Both the position numbers and the translations under genes were made by a program. A stretch of DNA of 63,302 nucleotides, filler included, from Octopus bimaculoides (lineage: Eukaryota), in the NCBI RefSeq assembly GCF_001194135.2. It is 10 parts of 9 records of this genome, joined end to end, with 100 filler letters (N's around TTAATTAATTAA, not from the genome) between each part and the next. Parts side by side here need not be neighbours in the genome. Positions count along the whole stretch, not along the records: positions 1 to 28,636 come from NC_068994.1; positions 28,737 to 31,604 come from NC_069002.1; positions 31,705 to 39,618 come from NC_068988.1; 7 more parts are not named here. One strand, written 5' to 3'. Positions 24,016-36,864 of this stretch are shown one piece after another; position 1 is the first letter of the stretch, and every line of letters begins with the position of its first letter. Under the pieces are notes generated by a model. That model was not told where the DNA came from. It did not search any database and was given only the letters and a program-made list of their open reading frames with translations.

Positions 24016-25730
24016 TCATCATCATCATCATCATCATCATCATCGTTTAACGTCCGCATTCCATGCTAGCATGGGTTGGTCGATTTGACTGAGGACTGGT
24101 GAAACCGGATGGCAACACCAGGCTCCAATCTAATTTGGCAGAGTTTCTACAGCTGGATGCCCTTCCTAACGCTAACCACTCACCCGCACGAAGGCCAGTC
24201 AGGCGTACTGGCAATGGCCACGCTCAAAATGGTGTCTTTTATGTGCTACCCGCACAAGAGCCAGTCCAGGGGCAATGGCAACGATCTCACTTGGCTTGCC
24301 GGATCTTCTCACTCACAGTACATTTACAAAGCTGTCGGTCAGTAGTCATCACCTCAGTGAGGCCCAATGTACGAAGGTCTTGCCTGGGCCTACCTCTTCC
24401 ACGGGTTCCCCCAACTGTTAGGGTGTGGCACTTTTTCACGCAGCTATCCTCATCTATTCTCACCACATGTCCATACCAGCGCAATCGTCTCTCTTGCACA
24501 CTACAACTGATGCTTCTTATGTTCAGCTTTTCTCTCAAGATACTTACACTCTGACGGGTATGCACGCTGACATTACACATCCAACGGAGCATACTGGCTT
24601 CATTCCTTGCGAGCATACGCATGTCCTCAGTAGTTACAACCCATGTTTCACTGCCATGTAGCATGGCTGTTCGTACAAATGCGTCATACAGTCTGCCTTT
24701 TACTCTGAGTGAGAGTCCCTTTGTCGCCAGCAGAGGTAAGAGCTCTCTAAACTTTGCCCAGGCTATTCTTATTCTAGCAGCTACACTTTCAGCGCACCCA
24801 CCCCCACTACTAACTTGGTCNNNNNNNNNNNNNNNNNNNNNNNNNNNNNNNNNNNNNNNNNNNNNNNNNNNNNNNNNNNNNNNNNNNNNNNNNNNNNNNN
24901 NNNNNNNNNNNNNNNNNNNNNNNNNNNNNNNNNNNNNNNNNNNNNNNNNNNNNNNNNNNNNNNNNNNNNNNNNNNNNNNNNNNNNNNNNNNNNNNNNNNN
25001 NNNNNNNNNNNNNNNNNNNNNNNNNNNNNNNNNNNNNNNNNNNNNNNNNNNNNNNNNNNNNNNNNNNNNNNNNNNNNNNNNNNNNNNNNNNNNNNNNNNN
25101 NNNNNNNNNNNNNNNNNNNNNNNNNNNNNNNNNNNNNNNNNNNNNNNNNNNNNNNNNNNNNNNNNNNNNNNNNNNNNNNNNNNNNNNNNNNNNNNNNNNN
25201 NNNNNNNNNNNNNNNNNNNNNNNNNNNNNNNNNNNNNNNNNNNNNNNNNNNNNNNNNNNNNNNNNNNNNNNNNNNNNNNNNNNNNNNNNNNNNNNNNNNN
25301 NNNNNNNNNNNNNNNNNNNNNNNNNNNNNNNNNNNNNNNNNNNNNNNNNNNNNNNNNNNNNNNNNNNNNTTCTTCTATCCCAAGTTTCCTCATTGACCAC
25401 CAGATAAGGGATCGGGGGACCCTGTCAAAGGCTTTCTCCATGTCAACGAAAACCAGGTACAGAGGTTTATCCTTGGCTAGGTATTTCTCCTGCAGCTGTC
25501 TTACTAGAAATATGGCATCAGTAGTGCTTTTACCTGGCACGAACCCAAACTGCATCTCATCTAAATTGATTCGCTCCCTAATTAGTTGGGCTATGACCCT
25601 CACCGTAACTTTCATAACCTGATCTAACAGCTTGAAGCCTCTGTAGTTATTTGTATCTAAAGCGTCACCTTTACCTTTGTAGCAGTTGACTATGGTGCTG
25701 CTACAGCAGTCATTGGGTATGACTCCTTCG
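24016..25730 (-). mobile_element. Young RTE LINE, 5'-truncated (RT, 3' UTR, (GAT)n tail), spanning an N gap at 24821-25369
   Basis: ORF 24287-25615: MQFGFVPGKSTTDAIFLVRQLQEKY, KAFDRVP, LHGSETW, WYGHV; CpGs retained; tail at 24016-24200. Confidence 0.95.
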
Positions 25731-25894
25731 TGTATATATATATATAGTTATGGTGTATTCAGTTAAGAACGTAGTAGAGTACAGTATAAAGCTCATCCAC
25801 CTTCAGATTTCACCCTGTGCTATCCAATAGTAGTATCATACGTACTTCCAGGTTTGTGTTTGCGCAATATATATATATATGTGTGTGTGTATAT

Positions 25895-26600
25895 GTGGGG
25901 TGTGCTGAAAGTGTAGCTGCTAGAATAAGAATAGCCTGGGCAAAGTTCAGAGAACTTTTACCTCTGCTGGTGACAAAGGGTTTCTCACTCAGAGTAAAAG
26001 GCAGACTGTATGACGCATGTGTACGAACAGCCATGCTACATGGCAGTGAAACATGGGCCATGACTGCTGAGGACATGCACAAGCTCGCAAGGAGTGAAGC
26101 CAGTATGCTCCGATGGATGTGTCAGTGTGCATACTCAACAGAGAGAAAAGTTTAACCTTAGAAGCATCAGTTGTGGTGTGCAAGAGAGACGATTGCGCTG
26201 GTAGGGTCATGTGGTGAGAATGGATGAGGATAGCTGTGTGAAAAAGTGCCACACACTAGCGGTTGAGAGAACCTGTGGAAAAGGTAGACCCAAGAAGACC
26301 TGGGATGAGGTGGTGAAGCATGACCTTCGAACATTAGGCCTCACCGAGACAATGACTTGTGACTGAGACCTTTGGAAATATGCTGTGCGTGAGAAGACCA
26401 GGCAAGCCAAGTGAGGCCATAATCTGAGGCCTCTGCCAGGGGTGTAACCAGCCCACTTATGCGTACCTTTCTTTCATTGGACACTAAACTCCGCTTGCGA
26501 AGACCTGTTGAGGCAAGTGAAATCAAAATCGAATCAAATTCGACGACTGGCACCCATGCCAACCTCTCAAGCATTCGTAGTGGGGAGTGCCTGAATAGAG
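25895..26600 (+). mobile_element. Young RTE LINE 3' fragment, inverted relative to the adjacent copy
   Basis: GCAESVAARIRIAWAKFRELLPLL...GRPKKTWDEVVKHDLRTLG...AK*. Confidence 0.92.
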
Positions 26601-28226
26601 GAATGATGCAACACTTTGGTTTGCACTCAAAGAATTTAATGTCAACATGAGAATAGATAAAATATAAATATGAAGAAGACATTACAGATGAGATTGCAGC
26701 ATAGTATATCTGAGATGAGTTGCTTATAAGACTATTTTTCTCAATTATATATCTCATCTTTTAGAGATGAAAGATTCTGATATGAACAGAGAAATCAGCT
26801 GTAGTGTGTAGGAGAAAAGACGGCACTGGGGTGAACATGTGATAGGTGAAATGAAAAAGTGTCAACACTCCTGTTGGAAAAAACCTGTGGAAGAGGAAGA
26901 CCAAAGAAGGTGCAGAAAAAAGCGGTGAGGTCTGATCTTAGGATGATGGACCTCATGAAAAATCTAAAGGACCGTAACAAGTGGTGTGAAGATTGTACTG
27001 AAGAAAATCTTTCAAATCACACCAGTAGTGAAAAACATGCAAAATGATGACAATGATGATAATGATCAAGGAATAACACTTGATCAGAGAACAAACATAG
27101 AAACAAAGAGGTGAATATTGAAAAAATTTTACTGAAAGTGTCATGATAGGTTATTTTTTTTTTTTTTTTTTTTTTTTNNNNNNNNNNNNNNNNNNNNNNN
27201 NNNNNNNNNNNNNNNNNNNNNNNNNNNNNNNNNNNNNNNNNNNNNNNNNNNNNNNNNNNNNNNNNNNNNNNNNNNNNNNNNNNNNNNNNNNNNNNNNNNN
27301 NNNNNNNNNNNNNNNNNNNNNNNNNNNNNNNNNNNNNNNNNNNNNNNNNNNNNNNNNNNNNNNNNNNNNNNNNNNNNNNNNNNNNNNNNNNNNNNNNNNN
27401 NNNNNNNNNNNNNNNNNNNNNNNNNNNNNNNNNNNNNNNNNNNNNNNNNNNNNNNNNNNNNNNNNNNNNNNNNNNNNNNNNNNNNNNNNNNNNNNNNNNN
27501 NNNNNNNNNNNNNNNNNNNNNNNNNNNNNNNNNNNNNNNNNNNNNNNNNNNNNNNNNNNNNNNNNNNNNNNNNNNNNNNNNNNNNNNNNNNNNNNNNNNN
27601 NNNNNNNNNNNNNNNNNNNNNNNNNNNNNNNNNNNNNNNNNNNNNNNNNNNNNNNNNNNNNNNNNNNNNNNNNNNNNNNNNNNNTCAACTTGTTGAATTT
27701 ATTTCTGTATATTAATGAAACTGTATTTTTTTATGTGTAATAGTCAAAAAAATATAATCTATATCTTCAACATACATGCACGTAATAAACGCTCATTCAG
27801 CGTCTTGCCATGTATGCATCATAACATTTACGCAGCCTAAACTAAACTAAACTAAACTAAGAGTTATGCTTAATGATAAATACTTATAATTAAGTTATAA
27901 GTAACGAAATTATCATTATAGCTTTTAATTAATAAACAATAATATTCGTTATAACTTACGAATGAAAACATTATAAATAAAGATATAGTATATCTCACAT
28001 TTCAACGACCTGTTGTTGTGATAAACAACCAACATATAAAAACTGGTGTCCGACCTGTTATACACATAAAAGAAGCAAGAAATATGTGTGGCACTAGCAA
28101 TACCAAACATGAAGTCTGCAATGATACATCATCACATCATCATCAGTGGAAAGAAAATTTTTAATGAAAGGAAAAAGTTAGACATAAAAATAGATATGGT
28201 ATAACACTGCATGTTGGAATACTCAC

Positions 28227-28315
28227 CAGCAGACACCACCAGTTCTGTGGCATGGAGATAATGTTTCTTGGCCATGTAACCTTCCAGCTTTTCAGGAACA
28301 TCTTTGATCTGTTCA
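28227..28315 (-). CDS. EXOC4: EXOC4 internal exon (1st seen; upstream exons not found in window)
   Basis: caactag|T...GCTG|gtgagt; 89 nt, phase 2 to 1; EQIKDVPEKLEGYMAKKHYLHATELVVSA resembles EXOC4 [29 protein letters not shown] as recalled. Confidence 0.93.
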
Positions 28316-28404
28316 CTAGTTGATGCAGAGCAGAGTTGAAATAGAAGAATACATTTTATACTGACTAATATTTTAGAACATATATGTGTACATATGTATG
28401 TATA

Positions 28405-28636
28405 TCATCATCATCATCATCATCATCGTTTAACGGCCGCTTTCCATGCTAGCATGGGTTGGACGATTTGACTGAGGACTGGTGAAACCGGATGGCAACA
28501 CCAGGCTCCAGTCTAATTTGGCAGAGTTTCTACAGCTGGATGCCCTTCCTAAAGCCAGCCACTCAGAGAGTGTAGTGGGTGCTTTTACGTGTCACCCGCA
28601 CGAAAACGGCCACGCTCGAAATGGTGTCTTTTATGT
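28405..28636 (-). mobile_element. Young RTE 3' tail, cut by a spacer
   Basis: Nearly identical to 24016-24245 and to the reverse complement of 12125-12295. Confidence 0.85.
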
Positions 28637-28736
28637 NNNNNNNNNNNNNNNNNNNNNNNNNNNNNNNNNNNNNNNNNNNNTTAATTAATTAANNNNNNNN
28701 NNNNNNNNNNNNNNNNNNNNNNNNNNNNNNNNNNNN
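28637..28736. other. Artificial 100-nt join spacer (44N-TTAATTAATTAA-44N). Others at 31605-31704, 39619-39718, 43352-43451, 50594-50693, 52072-52171, 53717-53816, 56014-56113, 61625-61724
   Basis: Nine identical constructs; the 12-mer places TAA in all six frames. Confidence 0.95.
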
Positions 28737-28760
28737 ATCATCATCATCATCATCATCACC

Positions 28761-28792
<32 letters not shown>

Positions 28793-28850
28793 CATCATCA
28801 TCACCATCATCACCATCATCACCATCATCATCATCATCATCATCATCACC

Positions 28851-28905
<55 letters not shown>

Positions 28906-28915
28906 CCATCATCAC

Positions 28916-28964
<49 letters not shown>

Positions 28965-28975
28965 AGCAGTAGCAG
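28737..28975. repeat. Long (ATC/ACC)n trinucleotide tract grading into (AGC)n
   Basis: Direct reading. Confidence 0.95.
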
Positions 28976-29264
28976 CATTGCCCTTGTCTGCATCAGTCAC
29001 CCAAGTTCATTCATCGGTAATCTTTAACGTTCAAAACCATCCCCTCGTTTCAACCACATCCATCCCCGCTAACTTCTTTTCTTCATCAACGTTTCTTCGG
29101 TTACCATGCCAACTAAGACTCCTATCAATTCTACCATCACCGATACACACAACCTCGACTCTGCTACAACTATTTCTTCATCATTCTTCACCGCAAAGAA
29201 CATCAGCGCCACCACCATCACCATCACCATCACCGTCGTTATCATCATCATGATCTTGATATTA

Positions 29265-29830
29265 GCATCAAATTTTGGCAAAAGGTCAGTAATTTCGGGG
29301 TGGGGGGGATTAGATAAGTCGATTGCATCGACCCCAGAGTTCAACTGGTACTTGTTTTATCGACCAGGAAGGGATGGAATGTAAGGTCGAACTCGGCAAA
29401 AGACTTAAACTAAGAACGGAAAATCGGGCGAAATGCCACGAAGCGAACAACATGCTTAGCAGCATTTTGTCCATCTTTTTGCATTCTGATTTCGAATTTC
29501 ACTGAGGTCGACTTAACCTTTTATGCTTTTGGGGTCGATAAATTAAGTACCAGTTGCATATTGGGGTTAATCTAATCGACCGGCCCCCGCTCTCCAAAAC
29601 TTTACTGCTTGGTGCCTAGAGTAGAAAACAATCGTTAGCACGCTGGACGAAATGCTTAGCGGTATTTCGCCGGTTGCTATGTTCTGAGTTCAAATTTCGC
29701 CGGGGTCGATTTTGCCTTTCATCCTTTCGGCGTCGATAAATTAAGTACCAGTGAAACACTGGGGGTCGATTTAATCGACTAATCCCCTTCGCTGAATTTT
29801 CAGACCTTTTGCCTTTAGTAGAAAGGGCTA
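29265..29830. mobile_element. Cluster of family A tRNA-derived SINEs (one -, two +)
   Basis: Repeated GAGGTCGAC..TGCCTTTCATCCTTTCGG..GTCGATAAATTAAGTACCAGT body. Confidence 0.8.
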
Positions 29831-30798
29831 TTATAAAACCTGACTTGTTTCAAGACTCTTTATCTTGTGCCACATAACACGTAGGTCCTTTATATTGGCC
29901 GTGCAACATACATCGTACCATTTCATCTGCAACTTTTGCCACATAGCACATACACTTTATCATATCAATTGTGCACGGTGCATTTTGCTACTGCATCTCT
30001 GCTCCTGCCACAGAGCGCACATATGTGGTATTACATTAACGGTGCAGCATAGATCTGGGTACTGCACCTGCAACTTCTACGACATAGTGTATGTATACGC
30101 TATAACAATGTCTGCACACCATACCTGCAGCTGCAGCATTCACGGTTCACCGTTATGCTAGTTGCAGCCGCTACCGCAGTTCATTTTCCGCTCTGCCGCT
30201 TCAACTGCTACTTATAGTCTGGCAACTGCCACTTCTCATGGCAATAGGCAAGCCAGTGGGATATATATTTGTACACACACGAGCGCGCGTACACATATAT
30301 ACAATATATGTGTGTATGCGTGTATATATATATATATATATATATNNNNNNNNNNNNNNNNNNNNNNNNNNNNNNNNNNNNNNNNNNNNNNNNNNNNNNN
30401 NNNNNNNNNNNNNNNNNNNNNNNNNNNNNNNNNNNNNNNNNNNNNNNNNNNNNNNNNNNNNNNNNNNNNNNNNNNNNNNNNNNNNNNNNNNNNNNNNNNN
30501 NNNNNNNNNNNNNNNNNNNNNNNNNNNNNNNNNNNNNNNNNNNNNNNNNNNNNNNNNNNNNNNNNNNNNNNNNNNNNNNNNNNNNNNNNNNNNNNNNNNN
30601 NNNNNNNNNNNNNNNNNNNNNNNNNNNNNNNNNNNNNNNNNNNNNNNNNNNNNNNNNNNNNNNNNNNNNNNNNNNNNNNNNNNNNNNNNNNNNNNNNNNN
30701 NNNNNNNNNNNNNNNNNNNNNNNNNNNNNNNNNNNNNNNNNNNNNNNNNNNNNNNNNNNNNNNNNNNNNNNNNNNNNNNNNNNNNNNNNNNNNNNNNN

Positions 30799-30842
<44 letters not shown>

Positions 30843-31708
30843 GTATATACATATATATACATATGCACACACATACACACACATATATATATCATATCTA
30901 CTCTATTTCTTTTCACCTGTATTCTTATAGACACACACACACACATATGCCTTACCAACAGATTCAGACATGCATATATAGGCTAAAGTCTTCTAATATC
31001 TTCTTCACTTTAGGCCGAAGATATCACGACAGATGATTACACAGGGACAATAGCTATTGATTTTGATCTGTTATAAACTACTCAGATCTTATCAAGTTAA
31101 TGTAGAACATATATCTTACAAAGGTTTCTTCCAACTGTCAGAAAATCGTTGAAACCGACAAAGAATATAATGAGAAACTAATAGATAATTTCTGTATTAA
31201 CCAGGTCTTTCGTGTAATAATCCTGTTGTCATTGTTGACAATAACTTAGTTTGTCCTACCGCTACGATCTATATCATAACTTCATGATAAATCGCCACAG
31301 AAGGCGGTTTCGTTTACAGCTCAACGCCCTTAAATATTACCTCGTAAAGTTGATCGTTGCTGGTGATGGCGCGTGGCATTGTTGCTGCTGTTGCTGTTGT
31401 TGATTGCGTTGTTCCGTTTCGTACAGTCTCTGTTGGTGTAGAATTACAATAATGAATATTCCGGGAACGACCAACCTGTCGTCGTTTTAATAGAATTATG
31501 TATAGTATATTGTATGCACACATAAATACGTATATACATACAGAGTGACACACACAGAGAAGGATATTGACATACTGACAGATGACTATAGGGATATATA
31601 TATANNNNNNNNNNNNNNNNNNNNNNNNNNNNNNNNNNNNNNNNNNNNTTAATTAATTAANNNNNNNNNNNNNNNNNNNNNNNNNNNNNNNNNNNNNNNN
31701 NNNNTATA

Positions 31709-32994
31709 CAGGGTGGGGAAGCAAAATTTACAATGAACTTTAAGTTGTTTTTTTCTCAGCAGGCACTAAGTCAATTGTTTTGAAACCTAGCATATATTGA
31801 TGTCAGGATCATATCTGACACTATTATCCTTACCTTTTCAGAAACTTTTGCCCACGTGAGTAATCAGGAAAGCAAATATCAAAGAGTGTGTGATTTGCTG
31901 AATGCACTCGTCACACCAAAGGAGATTTCAAGAATAGTTGGAGTGTCCATAAAGACTGTTTATAATGTAAAGAATAGAATGGCTATGATCAAAACTATTA
32001 CGAGGAAGTCTGGAAGTGGAGGAATCAACAACAACAAAAAAAAACGTGCCAAAGCTTTTATTAAAGCTCTCAAATCCAAAATCCTAAAGGATCCAACCAA
32101 ATCCATGAGAAAGATGGCAATTAAACTTGAAGTAGACAACAAGACCTTTAGAAATGCAGTAAAATATGATTTGAGGTTAGAATCTTAAACAAGAACACCA
32201 AAACACTCGTTGACAACAGTTATGAAGGAAAAGAGATTGGAAAGGTGCAAGAAAATTATTACATGGTTCGAGAAAAAGTCCTCCATTGTAACGATCGTTT
32301 CAGATGAAAAGATCTTCACTGTCGATGCTGTTCTGAACTGCAGAAATGACAGATTTATCGCAAAATCAACAGCTGCGGTTAAGGTGACATTCAAAACAAA
32401 ACATCCTGCTCAAGTTATGGCTTTTGGTGTTGTGGCTTCCGATGGAAAGAAAATGCCTATAAAATTCCACAAAGCTGAAGAAAAGATCAATGTTAATACT
32501 TACTACAAGATTCTGAGATACCAGGTATTACCATGGCTTAAAGCAAACTACCCAGATGGTAATTATGTATGGACACAGGATGGTGCTCCAGCCCACACAG
32601 CTAGAAAAATACAAGATTTCAGCAAATCCAACTTTAGCAATTTTTTGGAGTCATGTTTATGGCCGCCTTCTAGTCCAGATCTAAACCCTCTGGGGCGTTT
32701 TAGAACAAGCTACCAATAGAACATCACACAGCAATGTCGACTCTCTTAAAAATACTATTAAAGAAGAATGGGAGAAGTTGTCTCCCGAATATTTGAGGAA
32801 CACTTGTGCAAGTTTCAGGAAGCGTGTGAAGGCAGTTATTGAGAAAGAAGGAGGACACATAGAATAAAAATATTTTCTATTATGTAAATTTTCTTGTGAG
32901 AAATAAATTCTCATGACTTTCAATAAACTAATTGGTCATACACTGTCTTTCAATCCGTGCCTCAAAATATTGTAAATTTTGCTTCCCCACCCTG
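31709..32994 (+). mobile_element. Complete maT-type (DD37D) Tc1/mariner transposon, 1286 bp, with inactivated transposase (31856-32867)
   Basis: Perfect 26-bp TIRs CAGGGTGGGGAAGCAAAATTTACAAT with TA flanks; SDEKIF, QDGAPAHT, WPPSSPDLNPL. There are 37 residues from the second D to the expected third D. In-frame TAA at 32186-32188 and a frameshifting deletion at ~32691. Confidence 0.95.
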
Positions 32995-33355
32995 TATAAT
33001 ATATATNNNNNNNNNNNNNNNNNNNNNNNNNNNNNNNNNNNNNNNNNNNNNNNNNNNNNNNNNNNNNNNNNNNNNNNNNNNNNNNNNNNNNNNNNNNNNN
33101 NNNNNNNNNNNNNNNNNNNNNNNNNNNNNNNNNNNNNNNNNNNNNNNNNNNNNNNNNNNNNNNNNNNNNNNNNNNNNNNNNNNNNNNNNNNNNNNNNNNN
33201 NNNNNNNNNNNNNNNNNNNNNNNNNNNNNNNNNNNNNNNNNNNNNNNNNNNNNNNNNNNNNNNNNNNNNNNNNNNNNNNNNNNNNNNNNNNNNNNNNNNN
33301 NNNNNNNNNNNNNNNNNNNNNNNNNNNNNNNNNNNNNNNNNNNTATATATATATA

Positions 33356-33386
<31 letters not shown>

Positions 33387-34380
33387 TTACATAGAGATTT
33401 GTTTTAAGCCACCAAGTATAGAGTCCTTGAAATGTTGTAGGACAGAGAATATGTTTAAAGAAATTAAACCGTTGCACAAACATTAACTATAAGTATCCAC
33501 TCACACATACACACACGCACACATGTATGTATCTCTCTCTCTCTCTTTATATGTATATGTTTACATGAATGTATATGTGTGAATATGTATGCATGTATCA
33601 TGAGAGTAAACATGATAAAAAAGCAGTCAAATTCATAACAAAAGAAGTGAACAAAATATAACAATAAGAATATGCCATGCATTAAGAGAATTATGACATG
33701 ATATACACATATTCATATATACAAGCATACATACTGATATATATATATATATATCTGTACATATGCATACATATATGCATGTTAGATGCTGGGTTCACGG
33801 TCATAAGGTTGTCACTTCGATTCCCCGAACAGGTTGATGCGTTGTATTCTTGAGCAAGGTACTTCATTTCAGCTACTTATCCATAATTTTGGGCCATTCT
33901 TCCTTCATCCACCTTTCAGTTGATAAAAGCAAAGGGTGCATAGCCTCACCACGAACGCATTCATACACAGTATTTTTATTCTTCTTTCGTCAGTTTGTAT
34001 GAAGTTTTCTGCGCCTATTTCTTTTCAAAATATTCTGCTTTTTGACTTATCAGCAATTAAGATATTCTTTTCGCGAACATTACCAAATCAAATTTTCAAT
34101 TCTGATTCAACTTGACTATTTTGACCAAATAATATTTCCTTAAATCTTTATTCCAACTTAATGTTTTTTCAATGTCAGATCTTTGTCTTTGAATCTTACG
34201 CAATAATGATTGTGAAATTTTAAAGTAAAAAGCAGTACTCCATGGGGGGTGGATTAGTTCTGGCATTTTTGGTTTTCTTATATTTTGGGAAGGTTATTTC
34301 TTTTCTTGCCAAATAAACACCCGTACTAGATATTCGTTCTTCACTCGTTTATTATTGTCCTTATTCTATCTTATGTCCAC

Positions 34381-34425
34381 TGCCTGGAAATCTTTCATCA
34401 CACACCTGTGACATCTTCAGCGACT
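34381..34425 (-). ncRNA. Degenerate minimal hammerhead motif, same subfamily as 1538-1582
   Basis: Minus: AGUCG-CUGAAGA-U-GUCAC-AGGUGU-GUGAU-GAA-AGAUUU-C-CAGGC; core intact, stem I imperfect. Confidence 0.55.
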
Positions 34426-35689
34426 CTTACATCCATGTTTATCTTCCTTCTAATAACCAGTAGATGAAGGTGCATGGCCTTTTAGTTAGGCGTAATAGAC
34501 AAGATCGCAAGATCCTATTTTCGATTCATGGCCCTGGCGCTGCGTGATGTTCTTGAGGAAAACTCTTCAGTTCATGTTGTTTCAGTCACCTCAGCTGTAA
34601 ACGAATAAACCTTCCATGGACTGGTGTCTCGTTCAGGGAAATGTTGTGATCTTGGGCGCTTATACGCCAAGGAGATCTGGTAATCCACCCAACGAGTCCT
34701 AGGACTCGAAAAAGTAATATAATAGCCAATACAAGTGTAGACTCTAGTCTGATTAGTTAATTCTTTATATTCTGATATCATATATTCATGAATAATGCTT
34801 AAGTGCTTTATAGCAAAAATTGATGACTTGAAGAGTTGCAAAACCCATCTTTCTTAGTTGTTTAACTTTTTGCTTTTCCTGGTTACTTTCCCGCAAGTTA
34901 TTGTGGTCCATGCTTGTAGATGTGTTGTATTATTCTTGTGCTATTCTTTTTTTAAAATCTATTATTCGTCCTTATATTCTATATTGTATTACAAACAATA
35001 AAGCAAAATTATAAAATAAAATATGAGAGGAATCAATAAAAATGTACGTTTAATTCCTACAATTTGCCTTGCAGTTCCAATTCCTGCTTCTAGTGTGTCT
35101 TCCAATATTTATGTTCATTATTGGTGTCCCGGAAGACTTAACTTGGTAATTGTTTCAAATAGACGATTTCTGGTTGAGAAATCACTCACAAATTTCAAAT
35201 AATCTCATCAGGCATGTCTTTGTTCAGAACAAATTGTTTGGGTATTTTTTTAACTGCAAAGATTCCTTATTCCTTATTCGTGTTGAATTTCTTTGGTTTT
35301 ATCACAATTTTTTTTCTATTATTTCCTTTTTCGCTGAGTAAGAAAACTACTCTTCTCCTTTTATCAATTTTTTATAATATATTTTCTAGGATGTTTTTTT
35401 CTAGTAATCTGATGTTTTGCAAATGTGCCTGACTGGACAGGATATGTGGGATTATGTTGTAGTAGTGGTAGATATTGTTGCTTAGAGCTCGCATCAGGAG
35501 AGTTCTCTTCAAGCAGATCTATCATTATAGACACTCCAGTCATGATCATCCCATCTGTATCTATGACTTCATTATGATACGGTTTCTGTTTTATCAGATG
35601 GTAGTGTGTGATTTGCGAGAGATTTGGTTGCTATATATAGCAGGTTGATCACGTAAAAGTTTCCTCGTTCGTTTACTGATGTTGTTATA

Positions 35690-36060
35690 GTGTTGAAAGA
35701 TGCTGCAGTAGTATGGGACGTTGCGGTAGTGTTTTAGGGCATTATAACAGTGTTCTAGGGTGGTGTAGTAATGTTTTGGGGTTGTTGTAGTAGTGTTCAG
35801 GAATGTTGTACTAATGTTAAGAAGTTTTGTAGCAAGGTTTTTTTGAGGAAGAGTTGTAGTAGTTTGTGGTGTATGTTAGTAGTATTTTAGGATGTTTGCT
35901 GTAATACGTTTGGAGATGTGCTGTAGATAACTTTGCACTGTGTAAGAAAGCTGGCGTTCTTGAATATTCTAGTAGTATACTACTTAGATGCTGTGGTAGC
36001 GTTATGCAATATTGTATAAGTGTTCTAGAGTCTTGTGGTAGAGTTCTAGAGTGACGTAGA
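35690..36060. repeat. Decayed ~21-bp minisatellite (GTGTT(C/T)TAGG..GTTGTAGTA-like)
   Basis: Recurrent TGTAGTAGT/GTGTT..AG units by eye. Confidence 0.55.
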
Positions 36061-36864
36061 TGTGACCCTCTTAAGTGGCAGTCACCATATGTACAGTCTC
36101 ATCTTTGCAGCGTTAATATTGACAGTAAGCCATTGCATACATAAATCAGAATTAGGTTTCTAGACCCGCGAGGACCGCGGGAACTCCCCAGTGCACCCAT
36201 GTCTTAAGACAGTACTGCGTATCTATAAGAACTCACTAATGCAGCAATCTGTATCTCATATACGGTATACTGATGCTGTTATTGTTTAGTTTGATCATAA
36301 ATATACTCAGTTTGGGTTAGTAAACGTAGACGTACGATCAAAGACTTTCAAACAATAACCGATCCAGCTCTTCTTGAAAGCATCTTGTGGCTACAACTAC
36401 ATTATTCAGAGTTCTTGCCTATTTTTGAGATGATAGAGCGTCAATTGGGGACTATTTTTAGCATGCCAAGCTACCACGTAGAGATTCCGTTGTTCGTTTG
36501 TTGATGTTGTTTTATTGTTGTTCACTAGTCTACGTCTAAAATATCTGCACTGGGCCAACTTCGGGTGACGTACGTGGCAATTAGAGACGTATGTTACGAA
36601 GTACCTAACCTGTCTTGAATATTTACAAGAATTTTAATGACTTCTTTTGCACAGTAAAGTTCGACTATCGAAGCAAATATGAAATAAAAATTACCTGGAT
36701 AGTATACTGAAATTTTCGAAGAGGATAAAAAAACTGTGACGTACGTGACACCACACAACGTTTTTTTCACCTGAAAATATTTACTGCAAATTTCTCTGAA
36801 TATTTCCAGAGCAGCACAAAAAGTTTCATGGTGTTTAAATTGACCTTGATATTTCAAAAGATAA

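Noticed and set aside
27017-27715. Long ORFs spanning N gaps (also 30162-31036, 32928-33486, 40918-41392, 60156-60849)
   Set aside because: Open only because N codons are not read as stops.
28681-28692. TTAATTAATTAA palindrome recurring nine times at intervals (CRISPR-like or regulatory-looking)
   Set aside because: Always centred in exactly 44+44 N and encodes stops in six frames, so it is an assembly or pipeline spacer rather than biology.
28685-29000. Poly-Asp and poly-Met ORFs
   Set aside because: Translations of an (ATC/ACC)n microsatellite that run into an N gap.
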